In this document: positions 53,200 through 64,000 of the stretch, in pieces | How positions within the stretch are numbered: the first letter of the stretch is position 1 | How the letters are laid out: every line of letters begins with the position of its first letter | From: an uncultured Candidatus Binatia bacterium | GTDB taxonomy: Bacteria > Desulfobacterota > Binatia > UBA9968 > JAJDTQ01 | Length of the DNA stretch: 64,000 nt | NCBI GenBank assembly: GCA_965215605.1 | Contig: OZ244070.1 | Location: forward strand, 1,024,001 to 1,088,000 | Direction of reading: 5' to 3' | Program-made: the position numbers and the translations under genes | Notes under the pieces: model-generated | Databases searched by the model: none | What the model was told of the DNA's origin: nothing | Seen by the model: only the letters and a program-made list of their open reading frames with translations

Positions 53200-53231
53200 A
53201 CCCCCTGACGGATCGTGTTAACGCAACTCCG

Positions 53232-55301
53232 ATGGCGCGATATCGAGTAGCGGTGGACACCGGAGGAACCTTCTCTGACTTCGTTTTTTTCAACGAGGAC
53301 AGCGGCGAGATCAGCATCACCAAGGTGCCGTCGACCCCCAGGGAGCCGTTCCAGGCGGTGCTCGACGGGGTGCAGGAACTGCTCGACCAGGGCGTCCCGG
53401 CCGGGGACGTGACCTTCTTCTCCCACGGCACCACCGTGGGCACCAACGCGCTGCTGGAGGAGAAGGGAGCGGTCACCGGGCTGCTGGTGACCGAAGGGTT
53501 CCGCGGCATCTACGAGGTGATGGAGCAGAGCCGGGGCTACGGGCCGGTCACCTACGACCTCTTCTTCGAGAAACCGCGCCTGCTGGCCGCTCCCTTCACC
53601 ACCGAGGAGATCCGCGAGCGGGTGGATTTCCAGGGCAACGCGCTGACGCGGGTGGACCCTGAGCAGGCGGCGGAAGCCGTCCGCCGCCTCAAGGCCAAGG
53701 GCGTCGAATCCGTGGCCGTGTGCTTCCTGTTCTCTTTCCTGAACCTGGAACACGAGCTGGCGGTGAAGAAAATCATGGCCGAGGAATTCCCGGAGGCCAG
53801 CCTGTCGCTCTCCTGCGAGGTGCTGCCGCAGATCCGCGAGTTCTACCGGATGAGCACCACGGTCATCAACGCCTACATCGCGCCGGTGATGAGCCGCTAC
53901 CTGAACGCGCTGGAGACGCGTCTGCGGGAGCTGGGAGTGGCCACCCCCCAACTCTACATCATGCAGTCCAACGGCGGCGTGTCGACCTTCAGGACCTCTG
54001 CCCGGATTCCCGTGGCCACGGTGCTCTCCGGGCCGGCGGGCGGGGTTATCTCGTCGCTGGGGGCCAGCGGCAAGGTCGGCATCGACAACATCATCACCTT
54101 CGACATGGGCGGCACCAGTTGCGACGTGGCGCTGATCCACCAGGGCCGCCCGGTGGTCACCACCCAGGGGCGCATCAACCAGCGGCCCATCAGCCTGCCC
54201 ATGCTCGACATCCACACCGTGAGCGCGGGCGGCGGCACCATCGCCCGCATCGACTCGGTGGGGGCGCTCCAGGTGGGACCCGACAGCGCCGGCGCCGACC
54301 CCGGCCCCATTTGCTACGACCGGGGCGGCGAGAACGCCACCGTCACCGACGCCAACGTCATCCTGGGGGTGCTGGACCCCGACCACTTCCTCGGCGGCCG
54401 CCTCACCCTCGACAAGGCCAGGGCCGAGACGCTGGTGGATGAGCGCATCGCCAAACCGCTGGGGCTGAGCCTCCACGAGGCTGCGGACGGCGTTCTCCGG
54501 ATCATCAACGTCAAGATGGAAGAGGCCATCAAGGCAGTGTCGTCCCAGCGCGGCTACGACATCCGGGAGTTCACGCTGGTGGCCTTCGGCGGCGCCGGAC
54601 CGATGCACGCGGGCCGGCTGGCGCTGGACCTGGGCATCCCGACGCTGCTGGTGCCGCTCACGCCCGGGGTCAACTCGGCGTTGGGGCTGCTCATGTCGGA
54701 CGTGAAGCATGATCACGTGCGCTCCAAGCTGGCGCCCATGCAGGAGCTGGAGCCGGACGACATCAACAGCTTGTTCGACCAACTCATGGGCCAGGCCCGC
54801 GAGGAGCTGTCCGGAGAAGGGTTCCCGGACGAGGAGATCGTGCTGACGCCCTACCTGGACCTGCGCTACGCCGGGCAGGGCTACGAGCTGACGGTGCCCT
54901 GCCCGTACCCGCCGCTGAAGCCCGAGGACATGGAGCTGGCGCAGCAGCGCTTCCACGAGGTCCACGAACAGGCCCACGGCCACAAGGCCGAGTCCGAGCC
55001 GGTGGAGCTGGTGAGCGTGCGGCTGGTGTCCGAGGGGCGCGTGCCGCAGACCCGGCTGTCGCCGTTCCAGGCCACCGGGGCATCTGTGGACGGCGCCCGC
55101 ACCGGCGAGCGCCGAATCTTCTTCGGCCGGGACCTGGGTTTCCAGGACACGCCCATCTACGACCGGGACCGCCTGGAGCCGGGACACGAGCTGGCCGGCC
55201 CGGCAGTGGTGGAGCAGATGGACACCACCACCGTCATCCACCCGGAACAGCAGGCGCGGGTGGACGACTACAAGAACCTGCTCATCACGGCGAAGGGCTA
55301 A
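53232..55301 (+). CDS. Hydantoinase/oxoprolinase subunit A
   Basis: VDTGGTFSD, HGTTVGTN, SGPAGG, DMGGTSCD, SAGADPGP, FGGAGPMH, DLRYAGQGYE. Confidence 0.95.
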   Translation: MARYRVAVDTGGTFSDFVFFNEDSGEISITKVPSTPREPFQAVLDGVQELLDQGVPAGDVTFFSHGTTVGTNALLEEKGAVTGLLVTEGFRGIYEVMEQSRGYGPVTYDLFFEKPRLLAAPFTTEEIRERVDFQGNALTRVDPEQAAEAVRRLKAKGVESVAVCFLFSFLNLEHELAVKKIMAEEFPEASLSLSCEVLPQIREFYRMSTTVINAYIAPVMSRYLNALETRLRELGVATPQLYIMQSNGGVSTFRTSARIPVATVLSGPAGGVISSLGASGKVGIDNIITFDMGGTSCDVALIHQGRPVVTTQGRINQRPISLPMLDIHTVSAGGGTIARIDSVGALQVGPDSAGADPGPICYDRGGENATVTDANVILGVLDPDHFLGGRLTLDKARAETLVDERIAKPLGLSLHEAADGVLRIINVKMEEAIKAVSSQRGYDIREFTLVAFGGAGPMHAGRLALDLGIPTLLVPLTPGVNSALGLLMSDVKHDHVRSKLAPMQELEPDDINSLFDQLMGQAREELSGEGFPDEEIVLTPYLDLRYAGQGYELTVPCPYPPLKPEDMELAQQRFHEVHEQAHGHKAESEPVELVSVRLVSEGRVPQTRLSPFQATGASVDGARTGERRIFFGRDLGFQDTPIYDRDRLEPGHELAGPAVVEQMDTTTVIHPEQQARVDDYKNLLITAKG

Positions 55302-55312
55302 CGGGGGAAACC

Positions 55313-57100
55313 ATGGCACATCCGGAATCCAACACGGACACCGCCGCTTCCGCCGATCCCATCACCCTCCAGGTGATCCAGGCGCGGCTGGCCGGCATCG
55401 TGCAGGAAATGCAGAACTCGCTCTTCCGCACCGGCTTCTCCACCATCATCCGCGAGTCCCAGGACGCCAGTTGCGCCCTGCTCACCTGCGACGGCGAGGT
55501 GGCGGCGCAGCACGTCGTGCTGCCGCTCCACATGGGCGCGTTCCCGGCCTGCGCCCAAGGGATTCTGCGGAACTACCCGCCGGAGGAGATCCACGAGGGC
55601 GACGCCTACATCACCAACCATCCCTACCTCGGCGGCAGCCCCCACGCCCCGGACATGTGCGTGATGACGCCGATCTTCTTCAACGGCGAGTGGGTGGGTT
55701 TCTCCGCCACCATGGCCCACAAGAGCGACATCGGCGGACCGGTGCCCGGGAGTTGCTGGAGCCAGGCCCGGGAGGTCTACCAGGAAGGACTCCAGGTGCC
55801 GCCGGTGAAATACATCGACCGCTTCAGGACCAGCAAGGACATCGAGGAGATCATCGGCTGCAACAGCCGTACCCCGGAGCTGGTTGTGGGCGACATCCGC
55901 GGGCAGGTGGGGGCGGCGCGCCTGGGCGAGCGGCGTTTCGGCGAGATGATGGCCAAGTACGGCCGGGAGACCGTACTGGCCTGCTACGACCGCCTGTTCC
56001 AGCTCACCGAGGAGCGGGTGCGCAAGGAGATCTCGACCTGGCCGGACAGCAGCACTGAGGGCGAGCGCTTCCTGGACAGCGACGGCATCGACCTGGACAA
56101 GCCGGTGCGCATCCGGGTGCGCATCGACAAGAAGGGCGACCGGCTCCTGTTCGACTTCACCGGCAGCGCCGGCCAGACCCGCGGCCCGGCCAACATCCGG
56201 CCGTCGGTGGTGCGGGCGGCGTGCTCCTACTGCCTCACGGCCCTCACCGACCCCGCTCTGCCCACCAACCAGGGCTTGGCCCGGGTTGTGGAGGTCAACT
56301 GCCCCGAGGGGAGCGTGCTCAACCCCCGCTTCCCGGCGCCGGTGAACACCTACAACCCCACGGTCCACGCCCTGGTGGAGGCCCTGTTCGAGGCACTGAG
56401 CCGGCTCACCCCGGTCAAGAAGATCGCCGACGGCTGCGCCAGCCGCTCCATCATCATCGGCGGCAGGAACGAGAAGACCGGCCGCAGCTACGTCCAGTAC
56501 GAGATCTTCGGCGGCGGCTCCGGCGCCCGCACCGGCAAGGACGGCGTGTCGGGCACCAACGTCAACCAGTCCAACGCCCGCATCGCCCCCATCGAGATCA
56601 TCGAGTCGGAGTTCTCCACCCGCGTGCAGCGCTTCGAGTTGGTGCGGGACTCCGGCGGCGCCGGCCGGTTCCGCGGCGGCCTGGGCTTCGTCCGGGAGTA
56701 CGAGTTCCTCAACCCCGAGGGCCGCTTCTCGCTCCGCTCCACCAAGCACGTGGTGGCGCCCAAGGGCGTCGAAGGCGGCGGCAACGGCCGCACCGGCAAG
56801 GGCATCCTCAACCCCGGCTCGCGGGAAGAACGGGAAATCCCCTCCCGGTGCTCGGATGTCGCCGTGCGCCAGGCCGACGTCTTCCGTCTGGAGACCCCCG
56901 GAGGCGGCGGCCTCGGGGAGCCGCTGGAACGGGATGCCAAAGCCGTGATGCGGGACGTGAAGAACGGCTACGTGTCGGCGGAGAAAGCGCTGGACGTGTA
57001 CGGCGTGGCGGTGGAGGAGAGCAGCGCCAGCTTCGTCCTGGACGAGGCGCGGACCGCGGCCGTGCGGCAGGAACGGGCGGAGGTTCATGGAAATCACTGA
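55313..57100 (+). CDS. Hydantoinase B/oxoprolinase subunit (copy 1)
   Basis: DPITLQVI, FSTIIRESQDAS, NHPYLGGSPHAPD, HKSDIGG, DSGGAGRFRGG, TPGGGG. Confidence 0.95.
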   Translation: MAHPESNTDTAASADPITLQVIQARLAGIVQEMQNSLFRTGFSTIIRESQDASCALLTCDGEVAAQHVVLPLHMGAFPACAQGILRNYPPEEIHEGDAYITNHPYLGGSPHAPDMCVMTPIFFNGEWVGFSATMAHKSDIGGPVPGSCWSQAREVYQEGLQVPPVKYIDRFRTSKDIEEIIGCNSRTPELVVGDIRGQVGAARLGERRFGEMMAKYGRETVLACYDRLFQLTEERVRKEISTWPDSSTEGERFLDSDGIDLDKPVRIRVRIDKKGDRLLFDFTGSAGQTRGPANIRPSVVRAACSYCLTALTDPALPTNQGLARVVEVNCPEGSVLNPRFPAPVNTYNPTVHALVEALFEALSRLTPVKKIADGCASRSIIIGGRNEKTGRSYVQYEIFGGGSGARTGKDGVSGTNVNQSNARIAPIEIIESEFSTRVQRFELVRDSGGAGRFRGGLGFVREYEFLNPEGRFSLRSTKHVVAPKGVEGGGNGRTGKGILNPGSREEREIPSRCSDVAVRQADVFRLETPGGGGLGEPLERDAKAVMRDVKNGYVSAEKALDVYGVAVEESSASFVLDEARTAAVRQERAEVHGNH

Positions 57101-57112
57101 CGGGATACGGAC

Positions 57113-58861
57113 ATGACCACCGACCCCATCATCGTCCAGGTCATCCGCGCCGCCCTGGACGGCATCGTGCAGGAGATGCAGACCTCGCTCTTCCGCACCG
57201 GCTTCTCCACCATCATCCGGGAATCCCACGACGCCAGTTGCGCGATCCTGAACACCAAGGCCGAGGTCATCGCCCAGCACGTGGTGCTGCCGCTCCACAT
57301 GGGCGCCTTCCCCGCCTGCGCGGAGGGCCTGCTGGAACGATTTCCACCGGATGAGCTGCGGGAAGGCGACGCCTACATCGTCAACCACCCCTACCGGGGC
57401 GGGAGCCCCCACGCCCCGGACATGGGCGTGCTGACGCCGGTCTTCTACCGGGGCGAGTGGGTGGGTTTTTGCGCCAGCATGGCCCACAAGAGTGACATCG
57501 GCGGCACCGTACCGGGCAGCGGCTCGGGCACCGCGCGAGAGATCTTCCAGGAAGGCCTGCACCTGCCGGCGGTGAAGTTCATGGACGAGGGCCGCCCCGT
57601 ACGAGAGATGGAATGGTTCATTCACGCCAACAGCCGCACGCCCGAGGTGGTGGTGGGCGACATCCGCGGCCAAGTGGGCGCCAACCGGCTCGGCGAAAGG
57701 CGCATGGCCGAGCTGTTGGACAAGTACGGCAAGGCCACGGTGGCGGCCAGTACCGAGGAACTGGCCGGCCACGCCGAGCGCCGGCTGCGCCAAGTCATCG
57801 CCTCCTGGCCCGACGGCCGTTACCAAGGCGAAGCCTGCGTCGACAACGACGGCATCGACCTGGACAAGCCGGTGCGCATCCGCGTCACCGTCGAGAAAAC
57901 CGGCGCCCGCATCCTGTTCGACTTCTCGGAATGCAGCCCCCATACCACCGGCCCGGCCAACATCCGCCCTCCCCTGGTGCGGGCCTGCTGCTACTACTGC
58001 CTCATCGCCCTCATCGACCCGTTCCTGCCCATCAACCAGGGCTTGGCTCGAGTGGTGGAAACCCGTTTCCGCCAGGGCACCGTGGTGTGCCCCGACTACC
58101 CCGCCGCGGTGAATGCCTACATGCCCACCGCCCTGGTGGTGGCCGAGGCCGTGCTCCAGGCCATGAGCACCCTGGTCCCGGACAAGACCATCGCCGAGGG
58201 CTCCGGCAGCGGCGCCATCGCCCTGGGCGGCCGCGCCCGTGACGGCAAGCGCAGCTACGTCCAGTACGAGATCTTCGCCGGCGGCGTCGGCGGCAGGAAC
58301 GGCAAGGACGGCGCCTCCGCCACCTCCTTCCACCTGAGCAACGGCAAGATCGCCCCCGTGGAGATCATCGAGTCCGAATTCCCCACCCGGGTGGAACGCT
58401 TCGAGCTCCTGCCCGACTCCGGCGGCCCCGGCCGCCACCGCGGCGGCCTCGGCTTCGTCCGCGAGTACCGAATCCTCCAGGACGAAGTCCGCTTCTCCAT
58501 GCGCACCGACAAGCACGCCCTCGCCCCCCAGGGCATCGACGGCGGCCACCCCGGCGGCACCGGCGGCTGCATCATCAACCCCGGCGGCGACGACGAACGC
58601 AGCATGCCGTCACGGTTCGGCGACCAGCGGCTGAAAACCGGCGACGTGCTGCGGGTGGAGCGGCCGGGCGGGGGCGGCGTGGGTGCCGCATTCGAACGAA
58701 GCCCGGAAGAGGTCGTGGAAGACGTACGGCAGGGGTACGTGTCGGTGGAGCGGGCACGGAGTGACTACCGGGTCGTGGTGCGTCCTCACAGCAGCGAGAT
58801 CATGCTGGATCCAGACGCGACCGGAGATCTGCGCGGCAAACAGAACCCCGGTGCGGGTTAG
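57113..58861 (+). CDS. Hydantoinase B/oxoprolinase subunit (copy 2)
   Basis: Same motifs as copy 1 (NHPYRGGSPHAPD, HKSDIGG, DSGGPGRHRGG). Confidence 0.95.
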   Translation: MTTDPIIVQVIRAALDGIVQEMQTSLFRTGFSTIIRESHDASCAILNTKAEVIAQHVVLPLHMGAFPACAEGLLERFPPDELREGDAYIVNHPYRGGSPHAPDMGVLTPVFYRGEWVGFCASMAHKSDIGGTVPGSGSGTAREIFQEGLHLPAVKFMDEGRPVREMEWFIHANSRTPEVVVGDIRGQVGANRLGERRMAELLDKYGKATVAASTEELAGHAERRLRQVIASWPDGRYQGEACVDNDGIDLDKPVRIRVTVEKTGARILFDFSECSPHTTGPANIRPPLVRACCYYCLIALIDPFLPINQGLARVVETRFRQGTVVCPDYPAAVNAYMPTALVVAEAVLQAMSTLVPDKTIAEGSGSGAIALGGRARDGKRSYVQYEIFAGGVGGRNGKDGASATSFHLSNGKIAPVEIIESEFPTRVERFELLPDSGGPGRHRGGLGFVREYRILQDEVRFSMRTDKHALAPQGIDGGHPGGTGGCIINPGGDDERSMPSRFGDQRLKTGDVLRVERPGGGGVGAAFERSPEEVVEDVRQGYVSVERARSDYRVVVRPHSSEIMLDPDATGDLRGKQNPGAG

Positions 58862-58888
58862 CCATGATGGCAGTCTTGGTAGATCGTC

Positions 58889-60316
58889 TTACCGGCGGCT
58901 CGCCGCCTCGAACAAATGCAACTGCGGCGTCTTCCCGTTGTCATCGGCCAACACGGGGTAGTTGGCGGTGAAGCAGGCGTCGCAGTAGCCGGCGGAGTCG
59001 CCCTTGAAGAAGGTGTAGAGGCCTTCCCGGCTGAGGTAGGCGAGGGAGTCGGCGCCGATGAAGGCGCGGATGCCTTCGACGGAGTGGACGGAGGCGATGA
59101 GCTCCTTGTGGGTGGGGGTGTCGATGCCGTAGTAGCAGGGGCTGATGGTGGGGGGTGAGCTGATGCGGACGTGGACCTCGGTTGCGCCGGCCTCCCGCAG
59201 CATGCGGATGATCTTCTGGCTGGTGGTGCCGCGGACGATGGAGTCGTCCACCACCACCACGCGCTTGCCCTGGAGCACCTCGCGCATGGCGTTGAGCTTG
59301 ATCTTGACGCCGAAGTTCCGGATGTGCTGTTGCGGCTCGATGAAGGTGCGGCCGACGTAGTGGTTGCGGATCAGGGCCAAGTCCAGCGGGATGGCGGACT
59401 GCTCGGCGTAGCCGATGGCGGCGGGTACGCCCGAGTCGGGCACGGGAGTCACCAGGTCCGCATCCACGTGGTTCTCCCGGGCGAGCTGGCGGCCCAGCTC
59501 CTTTCGGTACTGGTAGACGCTGTGGCCGAAGACTTTGCTGTCGGGCCGGGAAAAGTAGATGGACTCGAAGATGCACCGGGCGGACGGGGTCTTCGGGAAG
59601 GGTCTGAAGGACTCCATGCCGCCGGGGCCGAACACCAGCACCTCTCCGGGCTCCACCTCGCGCACATACTCGGCTTCGATGAGATCGAGCACGCAGGTCT
59701 CCGACGCCACCACGTACGAGTCGGTTTTGTCGGCTCGCGGGAAACGGCCCAGAATCAGCGGCCGGAAACCTACCGGGTCGCGGGCGGCGATCATGGTGTC
59801 GGCGGTGAGGAACACCAGCGAGTAGGAGCCCTTGACCTGACGGAGCGCGTCGATCACCCGGGCCGTCAGGGTGGTCTCCTTCGAGGTGGCGATGAGGTGG
59901 ATGATGACCTCGGTGTCGGAGGTGGACTGGAAGATGGAACCGGCCGCCTCGAGGTCCTGCCGGAGCTGGTTGGCGTTGATCAGGTTGCCGTTGTGGGAGA
60001 CCGCGATGGGTCCGTTTGCGTACTCCACCACGAACGGCTGGGCGTTCTTGATGTCGGTCTGTCCGCTGGTGGAGTAGCGGTTGTGCCCGATGGCCGAGCC
60101 GCCCTGGAGGTTCTTGATGATGTCTTCCTTGAAGATGTCCGCCACCAGGCCCATCTGGCGATGCGAGATGAGCGACCCGCCGTGGGAGGACACGATGCCC
60201 GAGGACTCCTGGCCGCGGTGCTGCAGGGCGTAGAGCCCCAAGTACACCATGTTGGCGGCTTCGGGGTGGTTCTGAACCCCGACCACGGCGCATTCTTCAT
60301 GGAACTTGTCGAACAT
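58889..60316 (-). CDS. purF: Amidophosphoribosyltransferase
   Basis: Propeptide then CAVVG, LQHRGQ, GHNRYST, VDDSIVRGTT, YCDACF; ATG 60316 (60337 is an alternative start). Confidence 0.98.
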   Translation of the reverse strand: MFDKFHEECAVVGVQNHPEAANMVYLGLYALQHRGQESSGIVSSHGGSLISHRQMGLVADIFKEDIIKNLQGGSAIGHNRYSTSGQTDIKNAQPFVVEYANGPIAVSHNGNLINANQLRQDLEAAGSIFQSTSDTEVIIHLIATSKETTLTARVIDALRQVKGSYSLVFLTADTMIAARDPVGFRPLILGRFPRADKTDSYVVASETCVLDLIEAEYVREVEPGEVLVFGPGGMESFRPFPKTPSARCIFESIYFSRPDSKVFGHSVYQYRKELGRQLARENHVDADLVTPVPDSGVPAAIGYAEQSAIPLDLALIRNHYVGRTFIEPQQHIRNFGVKIKLNAMREVLQGKRVVVVDDSIVRGTTSQKIIRMLREAGATEVHVRISSPPTISPCYYGIDTPTHKELIASVHSVEGIRAFIGADSLAYLSREGLYTFFKGDSAGYCDACFTANYPVLADDNGKTPQLHLFEAASRR

Positions 60317-60342
60317 GACGTCCTCGTCAAGGAACATTCCGC

Positions 60343-62552
60343 TCACTTAACACACCGCTCCAACGCCGTCGACCAGAGATTCCGCAGGCGCTCCACGGGC
60401 GCCTGCACCAGGTCGCCGATGATCAACCGGGATCCCCCTACGCGGCCGATTACCGCGCACGGGACCTTTTCCTTCAACGCCAGGTCCGCGAGCTGCCCGT
60501 AGTCCCTTTCCTTCAAGGATACCACGATTCGGGAGTGCGCCTCGCCGAAAAGCACGGCATCCGGACGGCCATCCGGCTCCAGGTCGATGACGGCGCCGAC
60601 GCTCGTGCTGCCAAAGCACGCCTCGGCCAGGGCCACGGCGAGGCCGCCCTCGGAAACGTCGTGGGCCGAGGACAGAAGGCCCGTTTCCACGGCCGCGCGG
60701 CAGGTCCGCTGGACGCCCCGTTCCAGCGCGAGATCCACGGCAGGCGGCCTGCCGGCCACCCGATCGTGAACCACCTTGAGGTACTCGCTGCCGCCCAGCT
60801 CGCCGCGGTCCGCGCCCAGCAGCACCACCATGTCGCCCTCTTCCTTGAACCACGGCGTGGCGATGCGCCGGACGTCATCCAGGAGGCCCACCATGGCCAC
60901 CGTGGGCGTGGGATGAATGGAAACCCCCTCGGTCTCGTTATAGAAGCTGACGTTGCCGCTCACCACCGGGACCTCCAGCGCCAGGCAGGCCTCGCGCATG
61001 CCGAGGATGGCCTGGGAGAACTGCCACATGACGTCTTCCTTCTCCGGGTTGCCGAAGTTGAGGCAGTCCGTGAGCCCCAGCGGCGTGGCGCCGACGCAGG
61101 CCAGGTTCCGGGCCGCCTCGGCCACCGCCGCCATGCCGCCGGCGTGGGGGTCCAGGTAGCAGTACCGGCTGTTGCAGTCCACGGTCACCGCCAGCCCCTT
61201 GGAGGTGCCCTTGATGCGCACCACCGCGGCGTCGGCGCCGGGCGCCAGCACCGTGTTGCTGCGCACGTAGTGGTCGTATTGCCGGTAGACCCATTCCCGC
61301 GACGCGAGATTGGGCGACTCCAGGAGCTGCTCCAGCACCCGGTTCATGCTTTCGGGCCGCGGCAGCTCGCCGACATCCAGGCGCTGCAGATCGTCCTGCC
61401 GGGCCGGCCGCGCCGCGGGCCGGTCGTATACCGGCGCGGCATCGGTCAGGGCCGCCACCGGGATGGCAGCCACCTCGCGGCCCTCGGACAGCACCCGGAA
61501 CAACGGCTCGTCGATGACCCGGCCCACCACCACCGCGTCCAGGTCCCAGCGCTGGAAGATGGCCTGCACCTCGGCCACCGCCCCCGGATGCGCCACCAGC
61601 AGCATGCGCTCCTGCGACTCGGACAGCAGGATGTCGTAGGGGGTCATGCCCCGCTCCCGAAGCGGCACGTGGGCGAGCTCCAGCTCCACCCCCGAGCCGC
61701 CCCGCCCGGCCATCTCCACCGCCGAGCTGGTGAGGCCCGCGGCCCCCATGTCCTGGATGCCCACGATGGCGTCGGTCTGCATGAGCTCCAGGCAGGCTTC
61801 AAGCAGCAGCTTCTCGGTGAAGGGGTCGCCCACCTGCACCGTGGGCCGGCGCTGCTCGGAGTCCTCGGAAAAGGACTCCGACGCCATGGTGGCGCCGTGG
61901 ACGCCGTCGCGTCCGGTCTTGGATCCCACGTACATCACCGGGTTGCCGGCGCCGCGGGCCTTGCCGGTGAAGATCCGGTCCCGCTCCACCAGGCCCAAGG
62001 TGAAGGCGTTGACCAGGATGTTGGCGTCGTAGCACTCGTCGAAGCAGATGTCGCCGCCCACCGTGGGCACGCCGATGCAGTTGCCGTAGCCGCCGATGCC
62101 ACCCACCACCCCGTTCACCAGGTAGGGGGTCTTGGGGTGGCGCACGTCGCCGAACCGTAGCGAGTTGAGGCTGGCGATGGGACGCGCGCCCATGGTGAAG
62201 ACATCCCGCAGGATGCCGCCCACGCCCGTGGCCGCGCCCTGGTACGGCTCGATGAAGGAAGGGTGATTGTGGCTCTCGATCTTGAACACCACGGCCAGGC
62301 CGTCGCCGATGTCCATGACGCCGGCATTCTCGCCCGGGCCGTGGATCACCCGGGCGCCATCGGTGGGAAACTGCCCGAGGTGCTTGCGGGAGCTTTTGTA
62401 GCTGCAGTGCTCGGACCACATGACCGAGAACACGCCCAGCTCCGTCAGGTTGGGCTCCCGGCCCAGCAGCCGGCGGATCTCGTCGTACTCCCCGTCGGTC
62501 AGGCCGTGGGCCCGGACCGCCTCGGGGGTCACGGGCGCATCGTCGGGACTGC

Positions 62553-62556
<4 letters not shown>
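60343..62556 (-). CDS. purL: FGAM synthase subunit PurL
   Basis: [47 protein letters not shown]; GTGA overlap with purQ. Confidence 0.98.
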
Positions 62557-63257
<701 letters not shown>

Positions 63258-63261
63258 GCCG

Positions 63262-63513
63262 CTATTCCGCGGGGTCCGCGATCTCGAAGCGGTAGTCTTC
63301 GATGACGGGGTTGGCCAGAAGCTTCTCGCACATGCGGCGGGCCTGCTGCTCCGCGTCCTCGGCCGCGGACACGTCGAGTTGGAGCTCCAGGTACTTGCCC
63401 ACGCGCACGTCCTGCACCCCGCCGAAGCCGAGGCTGTGGAGGGAGTTCTGGACGGCCTTTCCCTGGGGGTCCAGGACGCCCTCCTTGAGGGTCACGAAGA
63501 CCTTGACGAGCAA
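63262..63513 (-). CDS. purS: FGAM synthase subunit PurS
   Basis: VLDPQG...LLANPVIEDY. Confidence 0.97.
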   Translation of the reverse strand: MLVKVFVTLKEGVLDPQGKAVQNSLHSLGFGGVQDVRVGKYLELQLDVSAAEDAEQQARRMCEKLLANPVIEDYRFEIADPAE

Positions 63514-63522
63514 GGAACAGCC

Positions 63523-64000
63523 CTACGCGCCGGTCACCCGGCGGCAGACTTCCTGGTACGCTTCCTCGACGCCGCCCAGGTCGCGGCGGAAGCGATCCTT
63601 GTCCATCTTCTCGAGGGAGCCCTTCTGCCAGAACCGGCAGGTGTCGGGGCAGATCTCGTCCGCCAGGACGACCTTGCCCTCGCGCTTGCCGAACTCGAGC
63701 TTGAAGTCCACCAGGATCAGGTCCCGCTCGTCGAAGAACGCCTTCATCAGCTCGTTGATGCGGAAGGTGAGGCGCTTGATCTCCGCCAGTTCCTCGGCGG
63801 TGGCGTAGCCCAGGGCCAGGACGTGGTAGTCGTTGATGATCGGGTCATCGAGCTCGTCGCACTTGTAGCAGAACTCGAGGATGGTGGTGGACAGCGACTG
63901 CCCTTCCTCCAGGCCCAGGCGCTTGGCCATGCTGCCGGCCACGATGTTCCGGATGATCACCTCGATGGGGAGCATGTCCAGTTTCCACACCAGCATCTCC
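63523..64000 (-). CDS. purC: SAICAR synthetase, C-terminal part (start outside window)
   Basis: PIEVIIRN, LVDFKLEFG, LADEICPDTCRFW, DKDRFR. Confidence 0.97.
   Translation of the reverse strand, partial: EMLVWKLDMLPIEVIIRNIVAGSMAKRLGLEEGQSLSTTILEFCYKCDELDDPIINDYHVLALGYATAEELAEIKRLTFRINELMKAFFDERDLILVDFKLEFGKREGKVVLADEICPDTCRFWQKGSLEKMDKDRFRRDLGGVEEAYQEVCRRVTGA

Overview
This is a high-GC chromosomal window from a diderm bacterium. Gene order and protein style suggest a deltaproteobacterial/Binatia-like lineage, possibly a marine invertebrate symbiont (inference). From left to right it contains: a type I R-M operon (hsdM-hsdS-[XRE/ImmA-IrrE peptidase + DUF4411 PIN]-hsdR, cut by the window edge); mfd-surA-pdxA-uvrA; iscS-iscA-nifS; a lipid A-type acyltransferase, an SDR and a periplasmic msrA; ssrA and smpB; panBC under a pan-motif leader with a terminator; gshA and mtnA; a dcw cluster (mraZ to ftsZ) with a STAS gene inserted after mraZ; rnpB; a zinc-ribbon gene; an SDR/FAD-oxidase pair; a ~1625-aa LRR/Calx-beta autotransporter-like adhesin beside a serine-recombinase remnant; hydantoinase/oxoprolinase A plus two B subunits; and purC-purS-purQ-purL-purF. 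The best candidates for a second look are the peptidase-PIN pair embedded in the R-M operon, tandem NrdR-like boxes upstream of mraZ, the STAS protein in dcw, the pan leader with a visible antiterminator, a promoter-short ORF-terminator unit before the zinc-ribbon gene, a UvrA lacking the insertion domain in the mfd operon, and the adhesin's Cys-flanked module. All family assignments come from motif recognition by eye; no searches were run.
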